Of a stretch of 36,094 nt of DNA, positions 22,868-34,800 are shown one piece after another; the stretch's first letter is position 1, and every line of letters starts with the position of its first letter. The position numbers and the translations under genes were made by a program. The stretch lies in the NCBI GenBank assembly GCA_002104905.1, contig MCFE01000791.1, positions 1 through 36,094 of the forward strand. Direction: 5' to 3'. The notes under the pieces are model-generated. The model saw nothing but the letters and a program-made list of their open reading frames with translations, ran no database searches and was not told the origin of the DNA. Source of the DNA: Basidiobolus meristosporus CBS 931.73 (taxonomy: Eukaryota; Fungi; Basidiobolomycota).

Positions 22868-23266
22868 TTAGCTACAGTTCCCAACATAGTTGACAGTCAG
22901 CTCGCCATGGTTGACGTCATTATCCCCGGGATAGCCCAGTGGCACACTGCCACACACATTGCAGCCATGGTTCTGCAATTCGTGGAGTAGTGAGCATGCC
23001 TTGGAGGCAGAGATGGAGCTGCCGGTCTTCTGGGTGAAGGCGGCAATGCCACCAAGGATATGGCAGTTGGTTGCGATTCTTACCCCGGGTCCATAGATGT
23101 TCCCACCAGGAAGACTGCAGACCTTAGCTACGAGTTGGTTCAGACTATTTCCAGTGGTGGCGCATTCACTACTCCCGCGGCAATTGATGCCAAGGGCGTC
23201 GACCTGAGTCAAGAGCACCATGCTAAGGATGGCGGCGATTCCAGCAGTAACGGTTGAGGCTTTCAT
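22868..23266 (-). CDS. KP4: KP4 killer toxin-like secreted protein, copy 3
   Basis: As copy 1. Confidence 0.95.
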   Translation of the reverse strand: MKASTVTAGIAAILSMVLLTQVDALGINCRGSSECATTGNSLNQLVAKVCSLPGGNIYGPGVRIATNCHILGGIAAFTQKTGSSISASKACSLLHELQNHGCNVCGSVPLGYPGDNDVNHGELTVNYVGNCS

Positions 23267-23530
23267 GTCGAAGTGCGGCTATCGGTTGATGGTCTTTGAG
23301 AGTCGGGACGGCACCTTATATACCCAAGCCATTGCCAACAGACTGAGCATAGCCCACGCCTTGACGGCTTGCTGGTGGATGGACTGCATTGACGAAAATC
23401 ATATACAAAATAGGCGCGGCAGGAAGTGGAGCATTTTTCCGTTCCATGTCACCTAGGTGCACCTTTTGTACGACAACTGAGTTTATCCACACCAACATCC
23501 CTACATGACTGGTTAATTGCATTGCTATTC

Positions 23531-23557
23531 ATATATATATATATATATATATATATA
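23531..23557. repeat. (AT)n microsatellite upstream of KP4 copy 3
   Basis: About 13 AT units. Confidence 0.9.
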
Positions 23558-24722
23558 CAGCATAGCCCTAAGCTCACTACACAACTCACTACCGTAGTGT
23601 TGAGCCGATGTGCATGGCGATCCAGGACTCGGCACTGCCATTGCGCACTAAGAGATCAGTTTTGCTCCCGGCTATTATTTCTAAGTAAGTGACAGCACAC
23701 CATGCTTTTTCTGTTTTAGAATGCGATAGCAAGCCTCCCCACAGCCTTGACTACCAGATCGCCTGTCCAATATTCTGAAGCAATCATTGGAAAATTCATG
23801 CAAGTTTCAGATTATCACCAATACCATTCGAACTCTTGAATTGCAGGTTACATAGGCAATAAAGCGGTTAAAGACTGACTTGGTTGCTGTTTTATAAAAT
23901 AAGTTGAGCTTGAAACACTGCTAGACATAGTCGGAGCAAGAAGAGCCAGTAGAAGCAAGCTCAAAAGGCAGTAGCAACGACTCATCACCCTAAATTATTT
24001 AAGATATTTGAACTAATTTATATCACTTCATTGTATTGTAGATGTAAAATCAATGGCATGAGACTTTAAATATGTACTCACAGTATATAGACAGCAAAGG
24101 TGGATTCCACAAAAGAAAGGCGTTAAAATGTGCGACTCTAACTGGTTACTATCATGGACGAATCGGGGAGTGTTTAGGAATCGGCTTTGTATATGAGGCT
24201 ACTAGCCATATTTGGCGATTATGGCGCATGGTGAGCTACCTTTCCTCATACATAGCCTCCGCATGGACCAAACCAAATGCCAGACAGAGCGGGTCTAGGT
24301 CAGGTGATTCGATCCCGACGATCGTAAGACAACGCTGTATCAGCAAGTACTTCAAAATATTAAAGTTTTCAGAGATTTGACTGTGATTGGCACATTATAG
24401 TGAAAGACTAGTAGTTTTCATATACTGCATACTGATCTACCCTCCTGGGTATTCCTGAGGATATATCGAGTACAATTTGCATTTTAAGACTTGTTCTGTT
24501 GATAGACTTATATAGGACCATTGTGTGACCTTGTTCATATGCTGGATAAGGGCCTCGCAATATACTACAACTTGCCTAATGCTGGGCATGACTGCTGATG
24601 AGAATCAGCCAGGTCTACAGAAACCACTATTCTTTACTACGACACTTGGTATTGCATTCCGGATTGACTTTATTTCAAGGTGACTGCTCTCGCCAATTGG
24701 ATAAGCCCACAGCAATCATGAT

Positions 24723-25121
24723 TTAGCTACAGTTCCCAACATAGTTGACAGTCAGCTCGCCATGGTTGACGTCATTATCCCCGGGATAGCCCAGTGGCAC
24801 ACTGCCACACACATTGCAGCCATGGTTCTGCAATTCGTGGAGTAGTGAGCATGCCTTGGAGGCAGAGATGGAGCTGCCGGTCTTCTGGGTGAAGGCGGCA
24901 ATGCCACCAAGGATATGGCAGTTGGTTGCGATTCTTACCCCGGGTCCATAGATGTTCCCACCAGGAAGACTGCAGACCTTAGCTACGAGTTGGTTCAGAC
25001 TATTTCCAGTGGTGGCGCATTCACTACTCCCACGGCAATTGATGCCAAGGGCGTCGACCTGAGTCAAGAGCACCATGCTAAGGATGGCGGCGATTCCAGC
25101 AGTAACGGTTGAGGCTTTCAT
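24723..25121 (-). CDS. KP4: KP4 killer toxin-like secreted protein, copy 4
   Basis: Protein identical to copy 3. Confidence 0.95.
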   Translation of the reverse strand: MKASTVTAGIAAILSMVLLTQVDALGINCRGSSECATTGNSLNQLVAKVCSLPGGNIYGPGVRIATNCHILGGIAAFTQKTGSSISASKACSLLHELQNHGCNVCGSVPLGYPGDNDVNHGELTVNYVGNCS

Positions 25122-27342
25122 GTCGAAGTGCGCTATCGGTTGATGGTCTTTGAGAGTCGGGACGGCACCTTATATACCCAAGCCATTGCCAACAGACTGA
25201 GCATAGCCCACGCCTTGACGGCTTGCTCGTGGATGGACTGCATTGACGAAAATCATATACAAAATAGGCGCGGCAGGAAGTCGAGTGTTTTTCCGTTCCA
25301 TGTCACCTAGGTGCATCTTTTGTGCGACAAGTGAGCTTTATCACCCACAAGGCCATCCGGATTGAGGTGGTCTGCTGGGGAGGCTGACCTGAACACCATC
25401 AATAGTGGTGCAGTATCCCCACTCACCCTCATATAATACTGGTCAAAAATACTGCTATTCATTGGGCTTTTCGAGATGGATTGTGTAGCCTGGCCCTAAA
25501 TGTGCCATTCCTCTCCCTACTGGAGTGTTCAGCCTGATGTAATTAGTAAGCCGGAACCTGGATCTGCTATTGCTCTCCCTGTAGTTAGGTTTGCCCCGGC
25601 TATTATTTCTAAACATGTGATCATGGATTAGGAATTGACTATTCCGCAATGTGATGGGATGCTATATCCGATCATTTACAATCTTATTTTATGTTGTATC
25701 CTTTGAAACCATGTTGTGTTACAGGTCTTGAAATACTCCCATCTTTAAGTGTAGGGATAGCTGAACTGGTAGCAATGTGCATCAGCCTGATTTTCGGGAC
25801 TGCGGAACTATACGAACTAGATTGAGCGGGAACAGTAGTATGCTATAATGATACAATAATCGATCGAGCCTGAGGTGCCGTCAGGCGTGATTGGATGATG
25901 AATGGCCCGGAAAGCCAGGTCTATAGGGTCAGCAGGATACCGATGTCGTTGCATGATACTTGCAACAAACAGCTGGGGGGGGGGTGAAGAAATCCTCTGT
26001 AAGTGATTAGCTGCATCTTAAGTCGTCAAGTACCATATTTGGGTAATATGACAGATGTCTAGACATGCTCTTCTGATTAACAAATACCCATCAACGACCA
26101 GTCAGAATTAACTAATAATCTACAACAGGCATTGACCACCCCGCAAACCATTGAACAACACCCGTCTTCATTAAATCAGGTTATTGCGTTTGCCAGCCAC
26201 GACGAAATAACCATTGGAAATTCTCGAATGTTTGACGAAGTTGAACATGAACACATTTACCCGTTGATCATGGCTTTATACCTACTCACAATATGGGGAA
26301 CAAGACTAAAAGTAATCCACCATCACATCCCTTTCTCTAAAAAGATGTCTATAACCGTATTCCAACGCAAATTCACAATCTACCTCAGCCCATGCCAACA
26401 TATGCAACGATACAAATACAAACAAACCAACTTTTAGCGAGATATGAAATACACAGACCGGAATAGTACTGACCCAAAGTGATTACACACACACATCAAC
26501 CACGATGAAACAATAGTACACCTGATATAAATCACACCAACCAAACCCATAATAAACAATGGCCATCTAAGCTCTTCTGATTAAGAAACAGCCTCCCCAT
26601 TTACCCAAACCAAGCAGCTTACAATCCACAATATTCTTGATCGATTATTTCATAAGAGCTCATGGGAGACAGAAAAAGTTGGATAGTAAACGTTGTTAAG
26701 TTAGGCGCTGAATCAATGCTGTATAGCAAATATAAATTCTGAAGAAATGTAGAACAGTTGAAATCACTAACTCTGAGCAATATTCCCTCGTACATAACCA
26801 TGGCACGAATCGAATTAAATACAGGAAAAATTTTGTTCTGTTGGGTGACTCGATCCCATCCGAAGAAAACGGCAGATCAGCGAATGCTGTAGAGTAAAAT
26901 CATCGGAGAGTTCGACACGCCATATTTGACAACCATGCATTCAAGTGAAAAATACGATTTTGGTTTCAATGCTTCGAAGATATGGCTGCGATTGGAGCAT
27001 GACTTTGGCATATTAGTAGATTTGATGTTTTACAGGTTGATAAAGTGGGCTCAGGGCATGTACATGACATAAAAGGCTGGATATAATTGGCAAGCAATCC
27101 ACATGACCCGGCTTATTCTGTTGATAGGCTCTGTGGGGCAGTGCATGACCTTCTTCACATGCTGGATGAGGGTCTCGTAACATGCTACAACTTGCGTAAT
27201 GCTGGGCATGACTGCTGATGAGAATCAGCCAGGTCTACAGAAACCACTATTCTTTACTACGACACTTGGTATTGCATTCCAGATTGACTTTATTTCAAGG
27301 TGACTGCTCTCGCCAATTGGATAAGCCCACAGCAATCATGAT

Positions 27343-27741
27343 TTAGCTACAGTTCCCAACATAGTTGACAGTCAGCTCGCCATGGTTGACGTCATTATCC
27401 CCGGGATAGCCCAGTGGCACACTGCCACACACATTGCAGCCATGGTTCTGCAATTCGTGGAGTAGTGAGCATGCCTTGGAGGCAGAGATGGAGCTGCCGG
27501 TCTTCTGGGTGAAGGCGGCAATGCCACCAAGGATATGGCAGTTGGTTGCGATTCTTACCCCGGGTCCATAGATGTTCCCACCAGGAAGACTGCAGACCTT
27601 AGCCACGAGTTGGTTCAGACTATTTCCAGTGGTGGCGCATTCACTACTCCCACGGCAATTGATGCCAAGGGCGTCGACCTGAGTCAAGAGCACCATGCTA
27701 AGGATGGCGGTGATTCCAGCAGTAATGGTTGAGGCTTTCAT
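27343..27741 (-). CDS. KP4: KP4 killer toxin-like secreted protein, copy 5
   Basis: As copy 1, with V6I in the signal peptide. Confidence 0.95.
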   Translation of the reverse strand: MKASTITAGITAILSMVLLTQVDALGINCRGSSECATTGNSLNQLVAKVCSLPGGNIYGPGVRIATNCHILGGIAAFTQKTGSSISASKACSLLHELQNHGCNVCGSVPLGYPGDNDVNHGELTVNYVGNCS

Positions 27742-28498
27742 GTCGAAGTGCGGCTATCGGTTGATGGTCTTTGAGAGTCGGGACGGCACCTTATATACCC
27801 AAGCCATTGCCAACAGACTGAGCATAGCCCACGCCTTGACGGCTTGCTGGTGGATGGACTGCATTGACGAAAATCATATACAAAATAGGCGCGGGAGGAA
27901 GTACAGGATTTCTGCGTTTCATGCCACCTAAGTGCACCTTTTGTACGACAAACGCGCTCTATTACTCACTAGACCATTTCCAATCACCTAACCCTATGGA
28001 GACTGATCCGAGTGTCACTAATGGTGATGCGGATTCAACATTTACTTCCCTACCGTTCGAGATGAGTTGCATACACTAATCCTATGCGCGCTATTCCATT
28101 TATTGCTGAAGATTTTAGCCTGATATAAATAGTTACATAGAACTTAATTTATATTGTGGCATATGTTTTGGCTGGTATCTCTGGACATATATTGGGGTAC
28201 CACACCCTTTCTATGGGGCAAGCAAGGTATACCGCTTTCCTTAATACTCTATATTAAACTGCTACGCTAGTTTCCCACTAATTATGTCTTTATGAATTAT
28301 CATGCGGCATTGGCTGGGGTAAATCCGGCACTGTTTGAATCAATTGAGTTAATCTGCTATAGGAATAAGTTTATCATCTATACCTCAGTGGAGAAAACAA
28401 ATGTTTGTTGGTTTGAAGTAGAATTTTTGGATACTGCCAACCCTGGTTTAATTAAACAAGCTGATGTAGTCTGTTAATTGTTGGTGCTGACAGCACAA

Positions 28499-29117
28499 GG
28501 GTTGGGGGGGGAGACAGTCACTAACAGGTGAAATCTTAATTTCAGTTGAAACAAAGAAGCCAGCCCTATTGTTGTAGGTTTGATATAAAGGTGTGTAGGT
28601 GAGAGGAATTTGTAGTAAGTTAATAAGGAGAGAAGATAGTTCTCAAGTGTTCAAGACACTGCTCAGTGGAAAGGGGGGTGGCAATAGAGGTAAGAATGAC
28701 TTGTGAACAACATTAATAAGGGGAATATGATCAGGATTGATATTCATCATAAAGGGGGTGTGCTGTTTCAGATATTGCTGCCAAAGGTCTGTCAAGTACC
28801 TCAGGTAGGCTAGCTTGGCTTTTATGACTGCAGAATATAATAAGCAAATTTCTTGACTTCAGGATCTCCAAGTATAGTTCAACAGCAGGAGCCAGGTAAA
28901 GTGTGGTGTGTTCTCTTCCATGTCTTAATCAGTGGGTTGTTGCAGTGGTGAAGTCTGAGATATAATCTGGTTCTAAGGTAGAGAAGTCTGATCTTATAGG
29001 GCATAAACCCAAAACAATCCAGAAACAGAGACCTGACAAGGAGGGTGAGAGAGGTACTGGAGAAGCATTGCAACTTGGACCAAAGCAGATTTCTGTCAAC
29101 TGAATCAAAGGCCTTAG
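28499..29117 (-). mobile_element. Non-LTR unit U1: 5'-truncated, internally deleted 3' fragment of LINE family A
   Basis: Colinear with 32626-33140 and then 33761-33860. Encodes KAFDSVDRNLLWSKL (RT). Confidence 0.85.
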
Positions 29118-32100
29118 GGTTAGGGTTAGGGGGAGGGAAAGTCACCAAGTTGGTGAAATCTTTATTTGAGTTAAGAACTAATCTAAGTACAAATAAAGAA
29201 GCCAATTAAGAGGTCTAGAACCTCTCTAATAAGTAATCTAATTTATGTTTTTTTCATCTCTAATGTTTGTTTCAGCAAAGTAAAGCTCATCAGGGGTAAA
29301 TATGAAATTCAAGAGTTTTGGGGGAAGTACAAATTGTAGATGTTTGTGATCAATATAATCCAAGACTGGAGCCCAGCCTGGGATTAGGTGCAGTAGGAAA
29401 GGTGTGTGGACTTGTAAGTAGCTCTGCCACATAGATCTTAGATGGTCCTGAGCCAGTAGTCCTGGTTTCTCAGCTTTTTGAAGTTTTGAAGCAAGCTGTG
29501 TTACTACAGCAGAGCCAACCTGGGTGTGCCAGCAAGAAGATTTCAGGGAGGAGTTAGATTTAAGCCATTGTTTGATGGAGAGGTTATGTGATTTCTGAAA
29601 TTTGACTAGGAAGGAAGCACATAGATAGACCATTTGGATTTGGTATGGGTAGAACCCAAAAGCTCCACTAGTTGCATGGATATAGGGAGATACTGGAAGA
29701 TAAGGTACCAAGGATCTGATACACTGATGGAGAAATTTATCCAGGTGGTGAAGTTCTCTGGAGGTTAGGGGTATAATGTGGAGACCAAATTCAAGTACTG
29801 GCAGTACATACTGCTTCAGAAGTATAGGGATTGTTTGAATTGGAGTGTCTGGAGTGACTACTACCAGAAGCTTTTTGAGAGCCTTTTGGGCAAGATGGAT
29901 CCTATTATTCAGGTGGAGCTTTGAGTCAATCCCATGTTGACAAAACGGCAGACCTAGATACATTGCAGTTTGTTGTGGCAGAATGCTAGTGTTCTGTATA
30001 GTTGTAGTGCACCCAATTGGGACTGTCTTGGAAATTGAGAGTGAGAGGTTGTTGGCAGCCAAGTACTTCTTAATGATGGCAGAGTCTGCTATGGGATTAG
30101 GAGTAGCAATCTTGATATCATCCACATAGAGAGTTAGTAGTGGATAGGGAGAGTCTGGTGAGGGGCCTTTTGGAAATAAAGAAAAGTTGTGTAGGTATAT
30201 CACAAATAGTAAGGGACCTAGTACAGATCCTTGGACTACTCCATTTGGAACCTCATAAGTCTTGGATGTGCAACTTGGATGCCAAATTTTGGCTGAGTTC
30301 TCACAAAATAGAGAACATACAAGAAGGGTCATTTGTAGTGTGGTAACTGCTAATAGCTTTCTCCAAAGCAGAGCTCTGTCCACAGAGTCAAAGGCTTTAG
30401 TAATGTCAAACAGAATGGTTGGCTATGAGAATTGAAGTGAATGATCATGGCTTAGCACTACAGCCATATCCAAGGAGAGTTTGGGCAAGAAGCCAAGCTG
30501 TGAAGGATGGAATGGATATAGTTGAGATTGCAAGGATCTTGCTATTATAAGCTCAAAGATTTTCTGGCAGGTTGGTAGGAGTGAAACTGGCCAGTAAGAA
30601 CCTGGGAGTGAGTGTTTCCCCTTCCCTTTGTATAAGGGTATTACATTTGCCTGTGACCAGGCCTTTGGGGTAGTCAATTGTTGGGCACAGATAGAGTAGA
30701 ATGGGATAAGTAAGTGACTCATTTTGGAGTAGCACACTCGGAGTAGATTTTAGGTAATCAAGTCATGTCCAGGTGCAGTATTTGCAGGAAGCTTCTTCAA
30801 AATTTTCTCCAGAAGCTTGGCTGAAATCAAAATTGGAGATGTTGGACTGCTGGATATGGTACCAGTATGGTAGAAAGGAGGAGTGGGATGCACGGATGAA
30901 TCAAAGAATATAGGGGCCAGTTTGTCTGGTGATGGTATACTCCTTGCTTGTGGTCTCATGGCTTTGTATACTCTTGATATGGACCTTGTGGTGGCATTCA
31001 TATTTACTAAGGGCAAGGTATCCATGATATGAGCCCATAATCTAGTATGCTCAGTAATCTGTAGTGACTTGGAGTAGGAGATTGCGCTTTCCAGGAGGTT
31101 CTGTGTTTTTGGGTTAGGGAAACATAGGTAGCTGGAATATAAGGCAGAAATGATGGATTTCCATTTAAGTTGGTTTGCAGATGGCTTTTGGTAGCACTTG
31201 GTAGGCAGGGCCAGACAGCCAGTGATTATGATGAAATGCTGGTAAAATAGCCATAATGCATTTATATCATCATAAATCCATGTAGGTAAGCTGGGAAATG
31301 CATATTCTGTAAGCAAGGATAGGTAGTTGGCAAAGTCCTGTGTCTGTGATACTGAAGCTTTGGCTGGCAGGTTTGTAAATGGCTGAAGAAGGGTGCCAGT
31401 TGGTAGGGTTTTTCTGGCAGAAATGATAATATGTATTGGCTTGTGATCAGATTTCTCTAGTGAACCACAGCTTATATCCTCTGGAATGCTTGTAACCTGG
31501 TGGATGTACTGTAAGGCAGCTGGAGTAGCTGTTACCCAGTCAACACAACGTTGAGCTTGCTGAGTGTTTACAGTGACCAGATGGTTTTGTTGGAGGAACT
31601 TTGTAAAGTGCTCCTCTTGGGTCCTAAGTCTGGATGAAATAGTGGTGATATTTTCAGGGTGGGGAATATTATATCTCCCACTACCATACAAGGGATTGAT
31701 GAGCTGTTAATGAACTCTGATGTGGCCAAGAAAATTGCCAGTGTTATGGAGTTAGACAGAGATGGAGGGAGATAGATAGTAATGGCTACTATTAGTTGGA
31801 AGTGTTAGAGCATAGCAGTAATACTCATAGATGATGGATACATTTGCTGAGGGTGCAAGCTTAGAAGATGAAAGAGCAATGAGTGCCATTGAGTGAGCTG
31901 GAAATTTTGGGTGAGCAGATGAATATGCATTCAGTCTAGAGGGAAGTTTTGGCAACTTAACATCAATTAGTAGGAGCAAGGAATATTCCTTTTTCAGTAA
32001 GTTTTCTAATTCAGCTACTGTTGGAGTGATGGAGTTGCAATTGAGCTAAGAGTATGTTCTGTAGTCAGGCAGACTCTGAGGTTGCCTGTTCCTGCTGAAA

Positions 32101-32625
32101 CTCTTGCACTGCCCTTTGTAAATTTCCAGAATTATTCCACAACTCTTCAAATGGAGCTTGTGTAATGTCTTTCAGGATTCTAATTGCTTCCTCTTTCAAG
32201 AAGTAGGCCACATCATAGGTTGGAGCCTGTTTCTTAATGGCAGCAAAGAATAGCCATAATTGCCATGTGAGCTGGGGCTTGTTGAATATTCCTGGCTCAG
32301 TGTCCATTGACTCTGGTGGAATGATTGTGAATTTGGTAGGCACCCAGTTAAGATTTTTTGCCAGATACTTAGTCAATGCAGTGGAGACGTTTCTGTCTAC
32401 AATCATTTCTAGGATCTTTCCTCTTCTCCAAGCTAGGTTAACAATTTTTGAAGTGTCATTATTCAGAGAGTAGATGTACGTCTGATGTTTGATATGGTAG
32501 TCCATGGAACATTGGCAAAGTATAGCCAGGACCAATTCTGGAGCTGAGGTAAGTTTGCTGGAGGCTTATAGGTAGACTTCCTGGCAGGTTGTGTGGCAGG
32601 CTTTAGTGTTCCAAGGTAGCAAGTT
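29118..32625 (-). mobile_element. Non-LTR unit U2: degenerate LINE family B, ORF1 part (~32065-32625) plus APE-RT ORF2 (~29238-31990) with stops and frameshifts
   Basis: APE-like MVVGD, VDWV, SDHKPI. RT NVIPLYKGKG, YWPVSLLPT, QLGF, DITKAFDSVDR, GVVQGSVLGPLLF, LYVDDI. ORF1 piece WSWLYFANVP..SKIVNL is homologous to U6 (chain unit). Confidence 0.9.
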
Positions 32626-34271
32626 GGTTAGGGGGGAGACAGTCACCAACAGGTGAAATCTTTATTTCAGTTGAAACAAAGAAGCCAGCGCTACTGTTGT
32701 AGCTTTGATACAAGAGTGTGTAGCTGAGGGGAATTTGTAGGTAAGTTAATAAGAAGTGATGATAGTTCTTCAGTGCTCAAGACACTGTTCAGTGGAAGGG
32801 GGGTAGCAAGAGAGGTAAGAATGACTTGTGAACAACATTAATGAGGGGAATGTGATAAGGATTGATATTCATCATAAAGGGAGTGTGCTGCGGCAGATAT
32901 TGCTGCCAAAGGTCTGTCAAGTACTTCAGGTAGGCCAGCTTGGGTTTTTCTGACTGCAAAATATAGTTGAGCAAACTCTTGACTTCAAGATCTCCAAGTA
33001 TAGTTCTCCAGCAGGAGCCAGGCATGTAGTGTGGTGTGTTCTCTTCCAGGCCTTAATCAGTGGGTTGTTGCAGTTGTGAATGTCTGAGATATAATCTGGT
33101 TCTACGGTAGAGAAGTCTGATCTTATAGGGCATAAACCCAAAAGCACCAAGAATAGCATGTCTGTAGGGGCATTCAGGCAAATGAGGCACCAAGGAGGTA
33201 ATGCACCATACTGCAAACTTGTCAAGCTTAGTGCAGTCTCTAGAAGTAAGAGAGAGAAGCGGTAAGCCAAATTCCAGGACAGGGAAGACAAACTGCTTGA
33301 GTAGAAGGAGGCAGCTGGGTGCTGAAGTTGTAGGAGGAGTAACAGCCAGTAGCTTGTGGAGTGCCTGTCTTGCCAGGATAATTCTCTTCTTCAGGTGTGC
33401 TCCAGAGTCTAGTCCAGTAGGAAGGAAAGGAAAGCCAAGATATGTAGCAGAAACCTGAGCAGGTAGAGTGGAGTTCTCCAAGTTGATGGGAGAGCCCAAA
33501 GGTACTGTCTTTGCAATGGAAAGCTGGAGATTATTCTTCTGCAGATACTGGTGGATGGTCTGGGAGTCTTGTTGCACATTGGAGGAGGATATTCTGATGT
33601 CATCAGCAAAGAGAGTAACCAGGCAGTCAGCTGAGAGTCTTGGGAAGTCATTCAGGAAGATGGCAAACAGTATAGGACCAAGCACAGAGCCTTGAACCAC
33701 TCCATTAGGAACTGAGAACACAGCTGATTGCTCACTTGGGTGCAGAATTCTTGCTTGTGGATCCAGAAACAGAGACCTGACAAGGAGGGTGAGAGAGGTA
33801 CTGGAGAAGCATTGCAACTTGGACCAAAGCAGATTTCTGTCAACTGAATCAAAGGCCTTAGTAATATCAAACAGAACAGAGGGATACTTGCACTGGAGAG
33901 AGTGATCTTGGCTAAGTATGACTGCATATTCCAAGGAGAGGCCAGGAACAAAGCCAAACTGTGCAGGATGAAACTTGAGGGAGTCAGAGTAGAGCTCCTG
34001 AGCAAGCAGAAGCTCAAACACCTTTCTGCAGGTGGGCAGCAGAGATATTGGCCTGTAGGAGCTAGGATCCAGGTGCTTTCCTTTACCCTTGTACAGTGGC
34101 AGAACATTTGCAAAGACCATTCCTCAGGAGTAGAAAGCTGGGCTGAGCATTGCTGAAACAGTGGAAGCAGAAGTGCAGACATGGCCTTGGTACTAGTCTT
34201 CAGAAGCTCATAAGAGATTGTGTCCACACTTAGGTGTAGTATTATAGTAAGGCTAGAAAGTTAGAGAGCAG
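32626..34271 (-). mobile_element. Non-LTR unit U3: 5'-truncated LINE family A with an intact-looking RT domain (33053-~34260)
   Basis: YRPISLLPTCRKVFE, QFGFVPG, FDITKAFDSVDR, GVVQGSVLGPILF, LFADDI, YLG. Confidence 0.92.
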
Positions 34272-34800
34272 GGGTTAGGGGGGAGGAAAGTCACCAAGTG
34301 GTGAAATCTTTATTTACTTATGACAAGTATCTAAAGAAGCCAAGTTAATCTGAAGTAATTCCTAGAAAGCTAGGTCTGAGAGATATCTTCCTGGTAAGCC
34401 AGGTCTGAGAGTTGAGAAGCTGAGTGGTACTATATTTCCTAGTTAGCTAGGTCTGAGAGAGGTTTCCTGGAAAGCCAGGCCTGAGAAGTGAGAATCTGAA
34501 TATATCTGAGCTAAGTTATACTGGTTTGCGGTAGCTGAATTGTGGCCGGAATGGCCAGTAGACTGGGGGAACTGAGATGAATTTCTGGGCAATCACTGGC
34601 CAAATTTACTAGGCAAATCTGACCAATTAGCATTTCAAGGATTTCAGCCAATCAGAGCCTTTACTTTGCCTGATGGTTGATCAAGCCATCTCCCAATGAG
34701 CACACATCAATTTATTGATCAAATTTTGCTGGATCCAGGATTTGAACCCACAACCATGGGTATGGAAGGGTTAGGGATAACCACAAGGCTAAGTGTTCTT
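34272..34800 (-). mobile_element. Non-LTR unit U4: non-coding ~530-bp SINE-like element with a tRNA-like head and LINE-type tail
   Basis: A box-like TAGCCTTGTGG (34781-34791) and B box-like GGTTCAAATCC (34738-34748) at near-tRNA spacing. ~78-bp internal duplication (34360-34500). Tail shared with the LINEs. No ORF. Confidence 0.65.

Noticed and set aside
26132-26437. 101-aa ORF in an A/C-skewed spacer with a CQ..QRYK stretch reminiscent of an integrase zinc finger
   Set aside because: The HHCC pattern is incomplete and no other retroelement motif is nearby.
18854-27931. Recurrent plus-strand ORFs MAVGCDSYPG.. (65 aa) and MLRMA.IPAV.. (78 aa) in each KP4 unit
   Set aside because: They are antisense shadows of the KP4 CDS and promoter, recurring only because the unit is repeated. 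The 78-aa frame is broken by a 1-nt deletion in copy 4.
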